A stretch of 64,000 nt of DNA from Cycas panzhihuaensis (Eukaryota > Plantae > Cycadophyta), in assembly GCA_023213395.1 (NCBI GenBank), contig CM041465.1:31255741-31319740 (forward strand), read 5' to 3'. A program made the position numbers and the translations under genes. Every line of letters begins with the position of its first letter. Position 1 is the stretch's first letter. The notes under the pieces were generated by a model. It saw only the letters and a program-made list of their open reading frames with translations, did no database searches and was not told the origin of the DNA. Of the stretch, positions 41,468 to 55,490 are shown piece by piece.

Positions 41468-44400
41468 TGTTGGATATGTGACAACAATTATGAGGAGGCT
41501 TAATTTTTTGGACTTTTATTGGTGTAGTTTCATAACTTATCTTTTCTTAGGGGAATCTAAGGAGGGCAAAAACCACCCTTGGTTGGGGGATGCGAGGGGT
41601 TCTAGAACCCCCCTTACAAGTTAAGGTTCAAGGGTAATAGCCCCTGATGTAAAAAGCTAGGGCTCAAAACCTATCAAATTATAAAGGAAATATTGGCCAT
41701 TCATAAAAAGAACCTAGATCTGATAGCTATGATTAATGCACCTTCTCTTATAACCTATTTTTAGGGTAATTATATCACATTATATTGTATTACATCGTAT
41801 TTCAAGTAGGCAACTATTGGTTATTATTGTTGTGAAAATTTTGTGGCGATTACATGTACAAATCTTTCATTCTTAACTAATAAAGATTGATACCTTTCCT
41901 ATGTAGATGTTTCCCTAGCACTTAGCTAGGGTTTTACCATGTTAAATTCTATGTACTGGGTAATGTGTATACTTTCTTATGTATGATGAATGATCTCTAG
42001 TTTTATATACTTGCATTTATTATAGTTTTGAATCCTTACTATTATTATAAAACAAAAAGATCTTAATGGCTAGTTTTAGTTATTTAGACTAGGTTTTCTT
42101 GATAAATGGTATTAGAGCCACTCATATTTTGCAGCAAGTCTATAAATGGTTTGGTATTGGTTCATTTTACATCAAATGGTAAAAGCAGTGAATGCAAAGT
42201 TTGAGGTGGAGAAGTTCAATAGAAAAAATAACTTTGAGTTATGGAAGCTCAAAGCATATGATGTTTTGGTGTAACAGGTATTGTACAAAGCTCTGGAAGG
42301 CAAGTCAAAGAAACCTTTGGGAATGATTAATGAAGAATGGGAGGACATGGACAAAAAATCCCTTAGCACAATACATTTGTGCTTGGAAGATGAAGTTCTA
42401 TTTAACATTGCAAATGAAAAATCAGTAGCTAGATTATGGACAAAATTAGAAAGTCTGTACATGACAAAGTCTGTGACCAATTGAATCTACTTAAAGAGGC
42501 AAGTATATTCATTGTGTATAAAGAAAGGCATTAAAATTTTTAATCATTTAAATATCTTTAATACTTTTATATTCTAGTTGGCTAGTATTGGTATAAAACT
42601 AGATGATGAAGACAAGGCTATAACTTTGTTATATTCACTACTTGAGTCTTGGGATAACATTGTCACCACCATTTGCTTCAATACTACTAATGAGTTAAAT
42701 TATGACTCTATTGTGAGTGGCTTGCTGACTAAAGAGGTGAGGAGGAGATCTAGTTTAGAAACCTCCACACCAGAAGCTATGGCAGTAAGGGGTACAACCA
42801 TGGAGAGAGGACAAAGTTCTAAAGATACATCAAGATTGAAGTCAAAAGGCAAGAAGGGTAAACTAAGATGTTGGTATTACAATAAGATAGGTCACCTCAA
42901 GAAGGATTTCTATAAGAGGAAGGAGTTCCAAAAGAAGAAAGACCCTGCCAAGGAGGCAAACTAGGCTAAATCGAGTCAATGTATAGATAATGATATCTTG
43001 GTTGCATGCAATGTTTCTTATTATCATAATGATTAGTTGTTAGATTTAGGTGCTTCTCACCATATATGTCTACACAAGAGTTGATTTTTTGTATACCAAC
43101 CTCTTTATAGTGGTGATGTTCTCGTGGAAAATGATGTTTCTTATAAAACTATTGGGGTTAATAGCATTAGAATTAAGATGTTTGATGGTGTAGTGAGGAC
43201 ATTAACAAAAGTTAGATATATACTTGAACTTAAAAAATGAACCTAATTTCTTTTAGTAAATTAGATTCTAGTGGTTGTAAATATACAAGTTATGGAGGAG
43301 TTTTGAAGGTGTTAAAGGATGCCTTAGTTATCATGAAGGCTTTGAAGAAAGGAAACCTTTACACTCTTATTAGAAATATAGAAATTAGTTAAGTAGCTAT
43401 AATGTCAAAGATAGTAGAAGATCCTACTCAATTATGGAATCAAAGGTTAGGGCACATGAGTGAGGAAGGATTGAAAATGTTGATGAATCATAAGTTAGTT
43501 CCTGAATTAAAGATTTTAGATTTGATATTTTATAAACATTGTATCTTTGGAAAATAATATAGATTCAGATTTAATATAAGGAGTCACACAAATAAAGGTA
43601 TTCTAGATTATGTCTATTTAGATGTATGGGCACCAACCCCTATGATATCTTATAGAGGAGCATTGTATTTTATAACATTCATAGATGACTACTTCAAGAA
43701 GGTGTGAGTCTATTTTTTGAAGAGAAATTCTGATGTATTCAATGTGTTTAAGCAGTATAAAGATCTAGTCAAAAAGAGTATAGACAGGTCAATCAAATAC
43801 TTACGAACAGATAATGGAAGTAAGTTCAATTCTTTGGAGTTTAAAAACTATTATAGGAAATCAGGGATTGAAAGACATAAGACCACAAGTTATACTCCAC
43901 AGTAGAATGGCATTGTAGAATGCATGAATAGAAGTTTTTTGGAAAGAATAAGGAGTATGTTGAGTAATCTAGGCATGGAGCAGGGCTTATAGGTAGAAGC
44001 AGTTCTAACAGTTTGCTATCTAATAAGTAGATTATCATCGTTTACAATAGAATGCAAAATTTCTAAAGAGGTATGGATCAAACATCCATGTGATTATTCA
44101 AATTTGAAAATATTTAGTTGTGATGCTTATGCTTTGATTAATAAAAGTAAGCATATTGAAATAGATCAAAAATCTAAAAGATACACCTTTATTGGGTATA
44201 GTAATAAGGATGGAGTTAAGAGATATAGGTTGTTAGATCCTATTGCCTATAAAATCATCATGAATAGAGATGTAGTGTTTGATCAATCTTCTTTTCTAAA
44301 ATCTAAAAATATAGAAGTTGAAATGAAACATGAGCCAAAAATTAAACATCAACAGGTTAAGTTTGAAACCCATCCATCTTTAGAAGCATAAAAGGATGAA

Positions 44401-46809
44401 GAGTTTTCTAAAGATAAACCTATAGAAAAAATACAAAAATATATCAACACTCCTTAACCACCTGTAAGAAGATCTACATAGGTCAGACATCATCTTGAAA
44501 GGTATAACCCATCTAATTCTATTACTTTGATTTCTAATGATGGTGAACTTACATGTTATCAGGAAGACCATAGTGCAAAGAGGATAAGGGCTATATATGA
44601 AGAAATAGATGCCCTGGAGAAGAATAACTCATGGGATTTAGTATAACTTCCATAAGGCAAGAAAACTCTTAGTTGCAGGTAGGTCTATGAAAGAAAAATA
44701 GATGTTGATGGGAAATTTGATAGACACAAAGCAAGATTAGTGGAAAAGGGTTTTTCACAAAAATCAAGTATAGATTTCTATGAAATCTTCTCACTAGTTG
44801 TTAAGCTTATTTTTATTCAGGTTCTATTAGCATTGGTGGCTTCACTTAATTTAAAGGTAGACAAATTAGATGTTAAAACTACATTTCTATATGGAGATTT
44901 GGAAGAGGAGATATATATAGAACAACCAAAAGGTTTTACGCAGGATGGAAATAATAAACTTATTTGTAGACTTAGGAAATCTTTGTATGGCTGAAGTAAT
45001 TACCCAGGCAATGGTATAAGAAGTTTGATTCCTTTATAGAGATCCAAAATTTTAAAAGAAGTGACTATGACCATTGTGTTTATTTTAAAACTTTGAACAA
45101 TGGTTTATTCATCATTTTAATATTATATGTTGATGACATACTTGTGGTAAGTAAAAGTATAGAAAAAACCAACAAGTTAAAGGCTCAATTAGCTAGGATG
45201 TTCAATATGAAGGATCTCAGAGTAGTAAAATAAATCTTAGATATGGAGATACATAGAGACAAAAATAATGGTAAGATTTGGTTATTACAATAGAAATATG
45301 TGGAGAAGATACTAACAAGATTTGGTGTGGTGAATGGGAAACCTATTAGTATCTCGTTTGTTTCCCATTTCAAGATTTCTTCAAGTTTGAGTCCTAGTTC
45401 TAAGGAAGAAAAGGAATATATATCTTATGTACCTTATTCTAGTCTAGTAGGAAGCTTAATATATGCCATGGTATGTACAAGACCTGATATTTCATATGCA
45501 TTCGATATTATTAGAAGATACATGCCAAATCTAGGTAAAGAACATTAGGCGGTAGTGAAATGGGTGCTTCAAGATCTAAGAGGCATAAGTAACTATTGTA
45601 TCACTTAGTGGTATATATAATTCACTTTGTAGATATATGGATTTAGATTTTTCAAGTGACTTGGATAAAACAAGATCAACTTTAGGTTATGTGTTTACTC
45701 TTGTAAATGGTCTAATTAGTCAGATGTCTAAACTTCAAAGCTTAATTACTTTGTTCACTACAAAAGTTGAGTATATTACTATAGCACATGCTTGTAAGGA
45801 GATAATTTGGTTGTAGTACCTATTAGGTGAGCTTAGAATGGTATAGGATAAGATAAAGGTATTTTGTGATAGTCAAAGTTCCATTTACTTAGAAAAAAAT
45901 ATAGTTTATCATAACATGACAAAACATACACATTATAATCAAATATCATTTTGTGAGATAGGTTGTTGAAGCAAGTAGAGTAGCACTTGAGAAGAATCAT
46001 ATAAACTAAAATTGTGTAGACATATTCAACTAATACTACTAGAGAAGATCAAATGGTGTTTAGATTCTCTTAGCTTGTAGAAAAGGTGATGAATAGTTCA
46101 TGAAAGGTATCAGAAAACTTATTGTCAAGGTGAATATTATTGGATATGTGATAATAATTAGGAGAAGGCTTAATTTTTTTAGACCTTTATTGATGCAGAT
46201 TCTCCACTTATCTTGCAGTTTCTCCACTTATCTTTCCTTGAGGGGATCTAAGGGGGGCAATAGCCCCCCTTAGCTAGAGGGTGCAAGGGGTGACAGACCC
46301 CCCCCCCCCTCCCCCTCCTTGTAAGAGGGGGTTTGGGGGCGATAACCCTCGAAGAAAAAAGCTAGGGCTCAAAACCTATCAAATTGTAAAGGGAATCTAG
46401 GTCATTTGTCAAAATGGCCTAGATTTAATGGCTATAATTAATGTACTCTCTCTTGTAACTTATTTTTAGGGCAATTATATCACATTATATTGTATTGCAT
46501 CAGATTGCAAGTGGGCGACTATTGGTTGTTACTATTGTGAAAATTCTATGCCAACTACATATACAAATCTTTTATTCTTGACTAATAAAGATCGATACCT
46601 TTCTTATATGGATGTTTTCTTGGTACATTGCTAGGGTTTTACAATATTAAATTCTATGTATTGGGTAATGTGTATGCTTTCTTATGTATGTTGAATGATC
46701 TCTGGTTTTATATACTTGCATTTATTACAATTTTGAATCCTTATTATTATTGTAAAATAGATAGATCTTGGTGGTTGGTTTTAGTTATCTAGACCAAGTT
46801 TTCTTAACA
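41468..46809 (+). mobile_element. Decayed Ty1/Copia element 'F' (Tnt1/Tork-like)
   Basis: LTRs 41468-42104 and 46138-46809; PBS tggtattagagcc at 42107; TSD TGGCA/TAGCA. Confidence 0.95.
42176..46089 (+). pseudogene. Degenerate Copia gag-pol of element F
   Basis: KFEVEKFN.KNNFELWK, ALSTIHLCLEDEV-like, CWYYNKIGHLKKD, IKYLRTDNG, LDVKTTFLYGDL, LYVDDIL, MVCTRPDI; many stops. Confidence 0.93.
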
Positions 46810-49800
46810 TAGCAAACCTAGAGACATAGTACTTGACTACAAGAAAAAGAAAGCTAACCTTCAGTAATCATAATTTCAAAACTACCTTATGATGTGGGGT
46901 AACCAGACTTGTGGATGTGAAAACTACTAGGGACCTCTGAGATAAAATCAACTAAACTACTAACGATGAAGGAGACAAAACCAAAATACTACCTAGAGAA
47001 ATCAACAAAATAGAAATCACAACTAGAGATAGAACTAAGGAGGCTACAGGTCAACTCTTTAAATCTTTTTTTTGCTACTTTATCATTACACTTTTCTGAT
47101 ATCTTCTAGTTGATCGATTCAAGTGCTTCTCAATACATGATGCATTCAAAAGAACTCCTAACTAAGATAAGATCAATCAAGGATTAATCCATCAACTTTG
47201 GAGATGATGGTAGTTTAGAGGTTTCTAAGATTGGTAATGTTCCTCTCTCATTGAAGAATTCAAACACTCCTCATCATCTTAACAATGTGTTCTATGTACC
47301 TGACATTACACATAACTTACTTTATGTTAGCCAGATAAATAAACAAAACTTTGATGTTTTGTTTATCCATCTTAAAAAATGCCCAATTACTAATCTAAAT
47401 AGAAAATTGCCTCAAGATATGAAGATCAATAACTTTACAAACTTGATGTGGTGACCAGACCATTAATCCATATACCTAAAGTTAGTTCTTATAGCAATAA
47501 AACTTCAACTCCTAATCCTTCTAATTCAACATCAATTTTAGATGATCAATTTGTTTCTTAGATATATATTTCTCCAAAGATTCTAAAAGACCAGTTCTGG
47601 AATTAACACTTAGGTCACTTAAATATAGCCAACTTTCATCTGCTTTATAATTTGAATATGGTGCATGGCATACCAAATATCAAGGAGACTAAATATTTTT
47701 GTGAGGTTTATGTAATGGACAAATACCATCAGGCTCTTTTTAAGTCAAATGGGAGAGCCTAACATACCAAGGAAGCTTTAAGGTTAGTATATTTAGATAT
47801 CTATGGGCCAATGTCTCAAGCATCCATCAAAGGCTATTGATTCTTTATTACTTTCATTAATGATTATTCTAGGAAAATCTAGGTATATTTCATAAAGCAA
47901 AAAATTAGAAGCTCTTAACAAATTTAAGGAATTTAAACATGGCACTAAAATTAAATCTAGAAGGCCATTGAAAATCCTTCATTGTGATAATGGAGGTGAA
48001 TATACTTTTAATGCATTCACCAAATTTTGTAAAGATAGTAGCATTAAATAACAATTTTCTACTCCATATACCCCTTAGTATAATAGTGTTGCTAAGTAAA
48101 TAAATTGGACCTTAGTCAGTAAAGGAAAAGCCATACTTACTACCAAGACTGTAAGACTTCAATTCTGGCCCAAATCCCTTCATATAACTACATACCTTAT
48201 AAATAAAAGTCCTACCGAGGCTATGTTAAACATTACTTTCAAGGAGGCCTAGTCAAGTCAAAAACTTATGGTCTCACAATTGCATACTTTTGATTGTATA
48301 ATATATATCCTTATACCAAAATAATAGAGCAAAAGGTTATATGATAAGAGTAGGAAATGTATTTTTATTAGTTATCAATTTGGTTGTAAAGCATATAAAT
48401 TATATGATCCTACCACTAACCAAATGCATACATCTCAAGATGTCATATTTTTAGAAGAGAACCAGGATGTTGATATTAATCAGATTTTATTTTTTGATGA
48501 TTGGTTAAGCAAAGTACCAATTGCTCCTCTTGCTCCATAAAATATACCTCTAGTACATATGGCTCTAACACCTACATTTACTCTCAGTTCTACATCTACT
48601 CCACCTTCCTCTACTTCTATATCTTCTCCCATCAGTTCTTCGAAGGATATTCATGATGAGGCTACATTAAAATGGTTTCCTAAATGGTACATGCAAATGA
48701 TCTCTTTTGCTCCTTCACCACCATAACAAGCAAAGAGATAATTAAAATATAGGTCATCCACTAACATTGCCTTAATGGAAAAAATATTATCAGCTCTTGG
48801 ACCCTCTACTTTTGAGTAAGCTATTGTAGATCTAAAATAGTAAGCAATAATGACTGATGAAATGGATTTAATCCTATATAATGATACTTGGAAGCTTATT
48901 GAGCTACTTGAAGGGAAGGAACTAATTAATTATGAATAGATTTACAAAATAAAGTTTCATACAAATGGCTCTATTTAGTGAGATAAACCTTGTTTGGTTG
49001 CTAAAGGTTTTAGACAAATTGGAGGAATTGATTACAATGACATTTTCACCAGTTACCAACATGACTATTGCTAGGCTTGTTTTGGCACTTATGGCTTAAT
49101 GTAAATGGTTTGTATACCAAATGGATGCAAAAAGCGCCTTCTTAAATGGCAATATACAGGAGGAAGTCTATATAAATTAACCTCTTAGCTTTGTGGTTTA
49201 TGGAGAAGAACACATGATTTGTAAACTTAAAAAGGTGTTGTATGGCCTTAAAATAATCACCTCACGCTTGGTACACAAAGATTAACAATTATTTCTAGAA
49301 GCATGGATTCATTCACTTATTGTCTAATTTAAATATGTACATCAAAATCCATAATGGGTTGATCATTCTAGTTATATTCTATGTCAATGATTTATTGATA
49401 ACTGGCAATGATACAAAGTGGATTTCATATATTTAGGGAGAACTAAAGAGAAACTTTTAGATGACTGACCTCGGGTTGCTCCATTACTTTCTTAGCATAG
49501 AAGAATAGCAGGAGCTAGTCCATATTTTTGTTTCACAGTCAAAATATGTAAAGGAAATTCTTCAAAAATACAAGATGGATGAATGTAAACCATTACCAAC
49601 TCCTATGAAAATAGGTTTGGAATTAGATATTGATAAGCGTGAAAAACCTGTGGGTCCATTGTTGCATTGACAACTTATCAAGAAACTCATTTACCCCATG
49701 CATTCTCATCCAGACATTGCCTATGCCATTGGGATTTGTTCTAGGTTCATGACATAGTCCAAAGTCTCACATTGGAAATATATAATGAGAATCCTAAAAT

Positions 49801-50769
49801 ATCTTTAGGGTACTATTTAGTTTGAACTTGATTACTATCATTTGGAGAATCCTTTATTGACAGATTACACAGATGTAGATTGGGTTAGATATAAAGCTAG
49901 TCATACATCAACTTTGGGTTTCTATTTTGACCTAGGTTCAATTTCAATTTAATGGTCTTATAATTTTATACTTTCTTCAACTAAAGTTGAGTACAAAGCC
50001 ACTAGTAGTGCTGCTATTTAGGCTATCTCACTTAGGAGAATTCAAGAAGAGTTTAGATTTAGTCAAACACAAGCTACATTTTTGTTTTGTGATAATTAAA
50101 ATGTTCTCAAACTGACCAACAATCCTATGTTCCATGATAGAATGAAACACATCTAGGTTCACCATCACTTAATTAGGGAGCATGTACAGAATGGTGAAAT
50201 TGATTTAATTTACAATCCTACTAAAAGAAAATTACAAATATCTTCATAAAATCACTCTCTCACAATAAATTTGAAAGGTTTCAGCTTGGCCTCAATGTTA
50301 GAATTAATGAAATCATCATTAAGAGAGGGTGATAAAAGAATTAATGTTTATTTCATTAATTATGATCTTTATACCATTAATGTTAATATTACATATATTT
50401 ATGATGAGGGCTTTATTTCATGTGAATAGGTTAAATCACAACTTAAAGTTTTATCCTTATATGAAAGTTTTGTAGATTATTATATTAATGCAAAGTATCT
50501 TTGAAACCTTGCATAACTCTTCTATTTACATTCCTTATATTTTGTGACTGCCTCCATTTTGTCTTATGTACGAGGTATTTTTCATATTATATGGTATTGT
50601 AATTTCTTATGAATAAATGAATGAAATACATGCATTTTGATTTGGATAACTAAAGATTAATTCTTATATATTTGTGTTTATTTCTATTTTCTATTAAATA
50701 TTTGTGAGGATATTGTGAGTCTCAAACCTAGATTGCAAACTGGGAAGACATCCATCCTCTATCATAAAA

Positions 50770-51630
50770 TTACTATCTAAAAAGTCATTGGTGTATTAAT
50801 TAGCCCAAAGGACACGACTCTATATACATATGTTCCCCATTCAATGACAAAAGTTATCTTTAATTAATCCTCAATGGCAATTCTAACTTAATTGTATTTG
50901 CTAAATTCATCTGTGAAAAAATATACTTCATGTCCTTCCACTTTTTCCAAGATGTCTTTATAAATGGGATAGGAAAGGATCTTTCTTTGTTGCCTTATTA
51001 AGGGCTTTGTAGTCTATACAGACTTTGAGTTTCTCATTTTTCTTTGAAACCACCACCATAGGACTTATCCATTTACTATTTTCAACTTAAAAAATATAAC
51101 CAACTTCCAATAATTTGTCTACTTTAACTTTTACCTTTTCTTTATATTTAGGATTCATTCTATAGGGATGTTGTCAAACAAGTTTTGGCCCTTCTACCAA
51201 TTCTATCTAATGCTCTCCTAACTCTAGTGGTGTACCTTTTAAATCCTTATAAGACCAAGTAGAGATATCTTTATATTCTAAAAATAGTATTATGACCTAC
51301 TACATAATCTTTGCATCCCAGTAGTCCCCTATGGAGATCATTAGAGGTTGCTCTTCTTTCCTGACATTGATCTGCTTGATTTTTAATTATTTACTCTGAA
51401 CTATTTTATCATCTTGGCCTAATGTATATGTTAGAGTCTGATCTATCATTTGTTTTGGGTACTCTATAATGGAGTAATTTAGAGAAAATTTATGTGTTTT
51501 CTTTACCTTTAACTGAATCTATTTCGGATTTAGATTCCATAACTTCCATCTAGAAGCAGGTTTTATCAGCCTCTATTATTTTCATTTTAAGGCTAGTTAA
51601 AATCCTTTGAATTCATATTTCTTTATTATG
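50770..51630 (-). mobile_element. Gypsy RT N-terminal part (continuation of 36855-39836)
   Basis: Joining across element E restores RVVSFGLINTPMTF*IVILNI (MPFGL.NAPATFQR motif). Also SPMVVVSKK, VCIDYKALNKATKKD.FPIP and FTDEFSKYN. Confidence 0.88.
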
Positions 51631-51639
51631 GTATGTGAA

Positions 51640-52335
51640 GGTTTTGCAAAAATTTTTACACAACAAATCCTAAGGTATTAGAGCAGCAAGAGGTGCACAA
51701 TCAGGCATATATTATTTAGATCATCCAATTTTTAGTTGTCAGGTCATGTTGGCTCACCCATTAAGGATTGGCTTGTCTGACAACTAAGAGAACTACCACA
51801 GAGATGTAAATGATTATGTCTAGATCTTGGGGCATTTATTTTTATGTTTTGTAGGAATTCAATGGCCTACAGAGGTGTGCAAATGAGTATGAAGTATTGT
51901 TTTAGTTTGTGCAAGTGTTAGAACCCCTATTTTTAAATATACAACCCTGGTTACTTTGTTGCCAATCATTAGTATCCATTTTGAGATTGCCAAAGGTGTT
52001 AACTCTGATACCATATTAGAGACCACAAAACTATATAAAGAGGATTATAGGAATCATTTATTAACACATCAAATTCAAGATAATAAGCATACACGACACT
52101 AGATTTGATATGGAAACCCTTGCAAGAAAAATTCACTACAAAATAATATTATATTCACTTTTTTGATAAATCTAATGTGTCTTAACTTTACAATGGACCT
52201 TGGATCTATAATTTTATATCACAAGTGTCTTGAATTTACATGAATTATATTAGTTAGCTCATTAATAATAATATCAACATTATCCATATATTATCCACAC
52301 ATTAACATTACTTAATATGTAATAACATTCCAACA
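51640..52335 (-). mobile_element. One-LTR truncated element: LTR ~52014-52335, PBS 52003-52013, short leader
   Basis: ctctgatacca is followed by tattagag..ttccaaca. The LTR shares motifs (gatatggaaaccc, acattaacatta) with the LTRs of 55491-61832. Left boundary approximate. Confidence 0.6.
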
Positions 52336-52719
52336 CTATTAATTTCCTTCATTCACAATGGTGATAACATGAAGGTTTAAAATTATGGAGACAGAGTAGA
52401 GCAATAACCAATATTCAATACATTGTAGAGTAAGAGAATAAACCAAATCATATTCTTCAAGCCATGTTTGAGAGTATTATAGATTTCCAAATAGTGGTAG
52501 TGTTAAAAGACACCAAAGTTTATCACCCTAGTAAATATATAGTTTGAGGGAGGAGGGAAACCTCCTCAACCTCCAAAATTTAAACAATATTAAAATAATG
52601 ATTAAAGCAAGTGAACATTAACCTTACCTAGCTTACCTTAACATATGTGCACTTATATGTATAAAAGGTGGGAGTGGGGTGATGAGTATTAACCCCAACA
52701 TTCTCCTCCTTAATGGACA

Positions 52720-53400
52720 TCATGATCATCTTCTCTTTTCTTTGAATTTGTGGTATATGTATTTGAAGAAAACTTTGAAATAGTGATTGAACAAGTGTCC
52801 TTTGGATTTGTCTTCATTTGTCTGCTATATTATCCTTGCTAAGTAGTTTCCTTCAATATAGTATGGTTTAAGTGATCTCCAAGTAGGTGTGACTTACTTC
52901 GAATGGGGAAGAGTGACTTCATCTTTTACTTTATTTTCTTGATCCTTTATCTTATGAGAATCAATCAAGTCATAAGTACATACAACATCATTAAGTACAA
53001 CAATGCGATCATCCACTTTATTTGAGTCATCAACATTAGCATTTTCAACATAAAATACCTGCTCTATCATCTGTCTCACATGTACAACATCAACAACATA
53101 GTTGAATTCATTTAAATCTAAGGTTTCTCCCCTATAAATTGATTCTAGTGTATCCCAAATAGATTTGGAAGTAGTCAACTCACTAACATTAATGAATACA
53201 TCATCATTTATTATGCTAAAGATTAATACTATGACTTCATTATCCTTTCTTAAGTTTTCTTTAAAATTTTGTTCATCTTCTAGATAATCATATGCAACAA
53301 ATTTCTAAATATTATTTGCAATAAGATGTGCTTTTAATAGGTCTTTCCAAACATGAAGATTATTCACATCAAATGTGGGAATTAACACATCATCTAGATA
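52720..53400 (-). pseudogene. gag: Degenerate Copia-type gag of element J
   Basis: IPTFDVNNLHVWKDLLKAHLIANNI..KENL.KDNEVIVLIFSIINDDVFINVSELTTSKSIWDTLESIY; homologous to 3716-4400. Confidence 0.82.
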
Positions 53401-55490
53401 AATTACCGTTTGCAAAACTTTTAGTTTATGAACTCAAATGAATAGATGAAGGCCTTTAATGTATGAATAACATAAAGTAGACAATAAGTGTTTTTTAACA
53501 AATTCCAATATAAATCCCTTAATTAATGTAGATCAGTAATGAGATAAAATACACATTCTTTTGAGATAAATGCTTTCATTTAGCATGGAGCTAAATTAAT
53601 CAATGATTTTGTATAAACCTTAAAAGTAAAAGGATAAAATGCACCAAAGATAGTTTAAAATATATATACTATCTTTCAGATGAATGCCTTCATAAAGCAA
53701 TGAAAAGTAACTTGATAATAAAGAAAAATATATGATTCACGAATATTGTTTGCAAGATAATTTTCGCATAGGTTCAAATAAGCTTTGAAAAATAATAAAG
53801 TGCTTTGAATACTTATATGCAATAGAATGCACCTTAAAAATGCTTTGAAAGTTTGAAATAAAATAAAATAAACCTTCACTATATAGATGAAATCATTAAG
53901 AGTAAATATAAGCTCTTTTAAATCAAAGAAATATATGTATATGTACTTGAAATATGCTTGTGGAATAAACCTTAAATGAATGCCTTAAAAGAGACAACAA
54001 TTGACCTAAAATAAGTAATAACTAAGCTTTAGGAGAGCTTTTAATTAAATTTATAAGCTAAAAGATTAATTAAAAGCTTTAGAATAGGGTTAGAGTACAC
54101 TCGTTTGACGTTTATGATTCAAAGGGGGGTCCTTCTTTTTAAGAGGCTAAAATAGAGCTTAATAGTTATAAATACTCAATGGTAAGCTTTTAAAACAAGC
54201 AAAATCTACCAATAACTAATTAGTATCTCAATGATAAATAAATATGCTGAGTTAGAGTAAAACTTTTGCTTGAAATATTTAATAATATGTCTAATTAGGA
54301 CTAAATAAGAGCCTCAAATTTAACTACTCCAAAGAGCTATAAAATAATATCAAATTAAAGTAAAACATATTCCAATGTTAAGAATATTAAAAAGCCTTTC
54401 TGATAAGTCCAACCATTCAGAAAATAGGCTCCTTAAGCTCAAGATATTAATGAATGAGTGAAAGGACCCTTTTAAGGGATTAATATAGAGCCATAGGGTT
54501 TAGATGCTATAAAATTCAAATTAAATCTTTGTAGAATAATCTGAAAATGGTCATATATAGATTAGAGATACCTTAATATGTATTAAGCCAAAGAAACTCA
54601 GAAAAAATTACTTTAATATTGCTAAAAATAATGAACTAATTCAAATAAGTTACCTCAATTTCACTAGCCTTGAAAACCTATAAAATGGCCTCAAATCAGA
54701 TAAAAGATTATACCATCATGTAGAGAATTGAAGCATCTTTCCAAAAGATTCATCTGTTCAAAAAATAGACTCCTAGATCAAATGTTATAAGTGAAACAAT
54801 CAAGATATCTTATTATGAAAAAATAAATTAGAAAAGGGTTTTAATAAGCCCCTTTTAGAAAAAGGCCCAGTCACATGGAGATGAATATGACCACCATTCA
54901 ATTAAAGAAGAGTTCTAGGACCTTGAAAATCATTAAAATAAATTAAATCAAAGTTATAAAGTTTAATTTTATAAAATAATTAATTAAAACATAAATAAAT
55001 TTAAAAATAAAAAACATGCAGAGGTCATGCACATGGATAAAACTTCATGGAGCTCATTCTCTTCATACACAACTTGGGTTAAGACAAAAATTTAGTAAAA
55101 TCTAGATATCCATACTATAGAGTCACCTCTAAAATTTCATAAAGATCCAATAATCATAGAGAGAGAATGAAGCGATTGATCTCAAGAAGGTCGTGGAAGA
55201 CATATGAACTATATGGAGGTCGTACGGCTTAGTAAAAGCCTAGAATACTTTAAATATTACTTACTTTACTTTGTATTAGGTCTACACCACTATTACAAAA
55301 TAAACCAAATGAAAAACAAAGCCAAAATGAGCAAATAAGAAGTGGAGTAGAGGGGTTTTACTGCTAAAATGAGTAACCAAGCTTCCAGGAGGGAGATCTC
55401 TTCGTAGGAGTGATAAAATTTGAAACCGTTGAATTTAGTGCAGATTTAACTCGACGAGATTTGAAATGAATGGTCGTTTGATAGGGTTTT

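Larger units (their letters stand above)
39837..50764 (+). mobile_element. Decayed Ty1/Copia element 'E', inserted in the Gypsy RT and itself interrupted by Copia 'F'
   Basis: LTRs 39837-40306 and 50330-50764 (TGAT..ATCA); PPT aagagaggg 50321-50329; TSD CAAAA/TAAAA. gag ~41160-41467 resumes at 46815; pol runs to ~50300 (NVFYVPDITHNLL, QMDAKSAFLNG, LHYFL, MKHI.VHHH). Confidence 0.9.
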
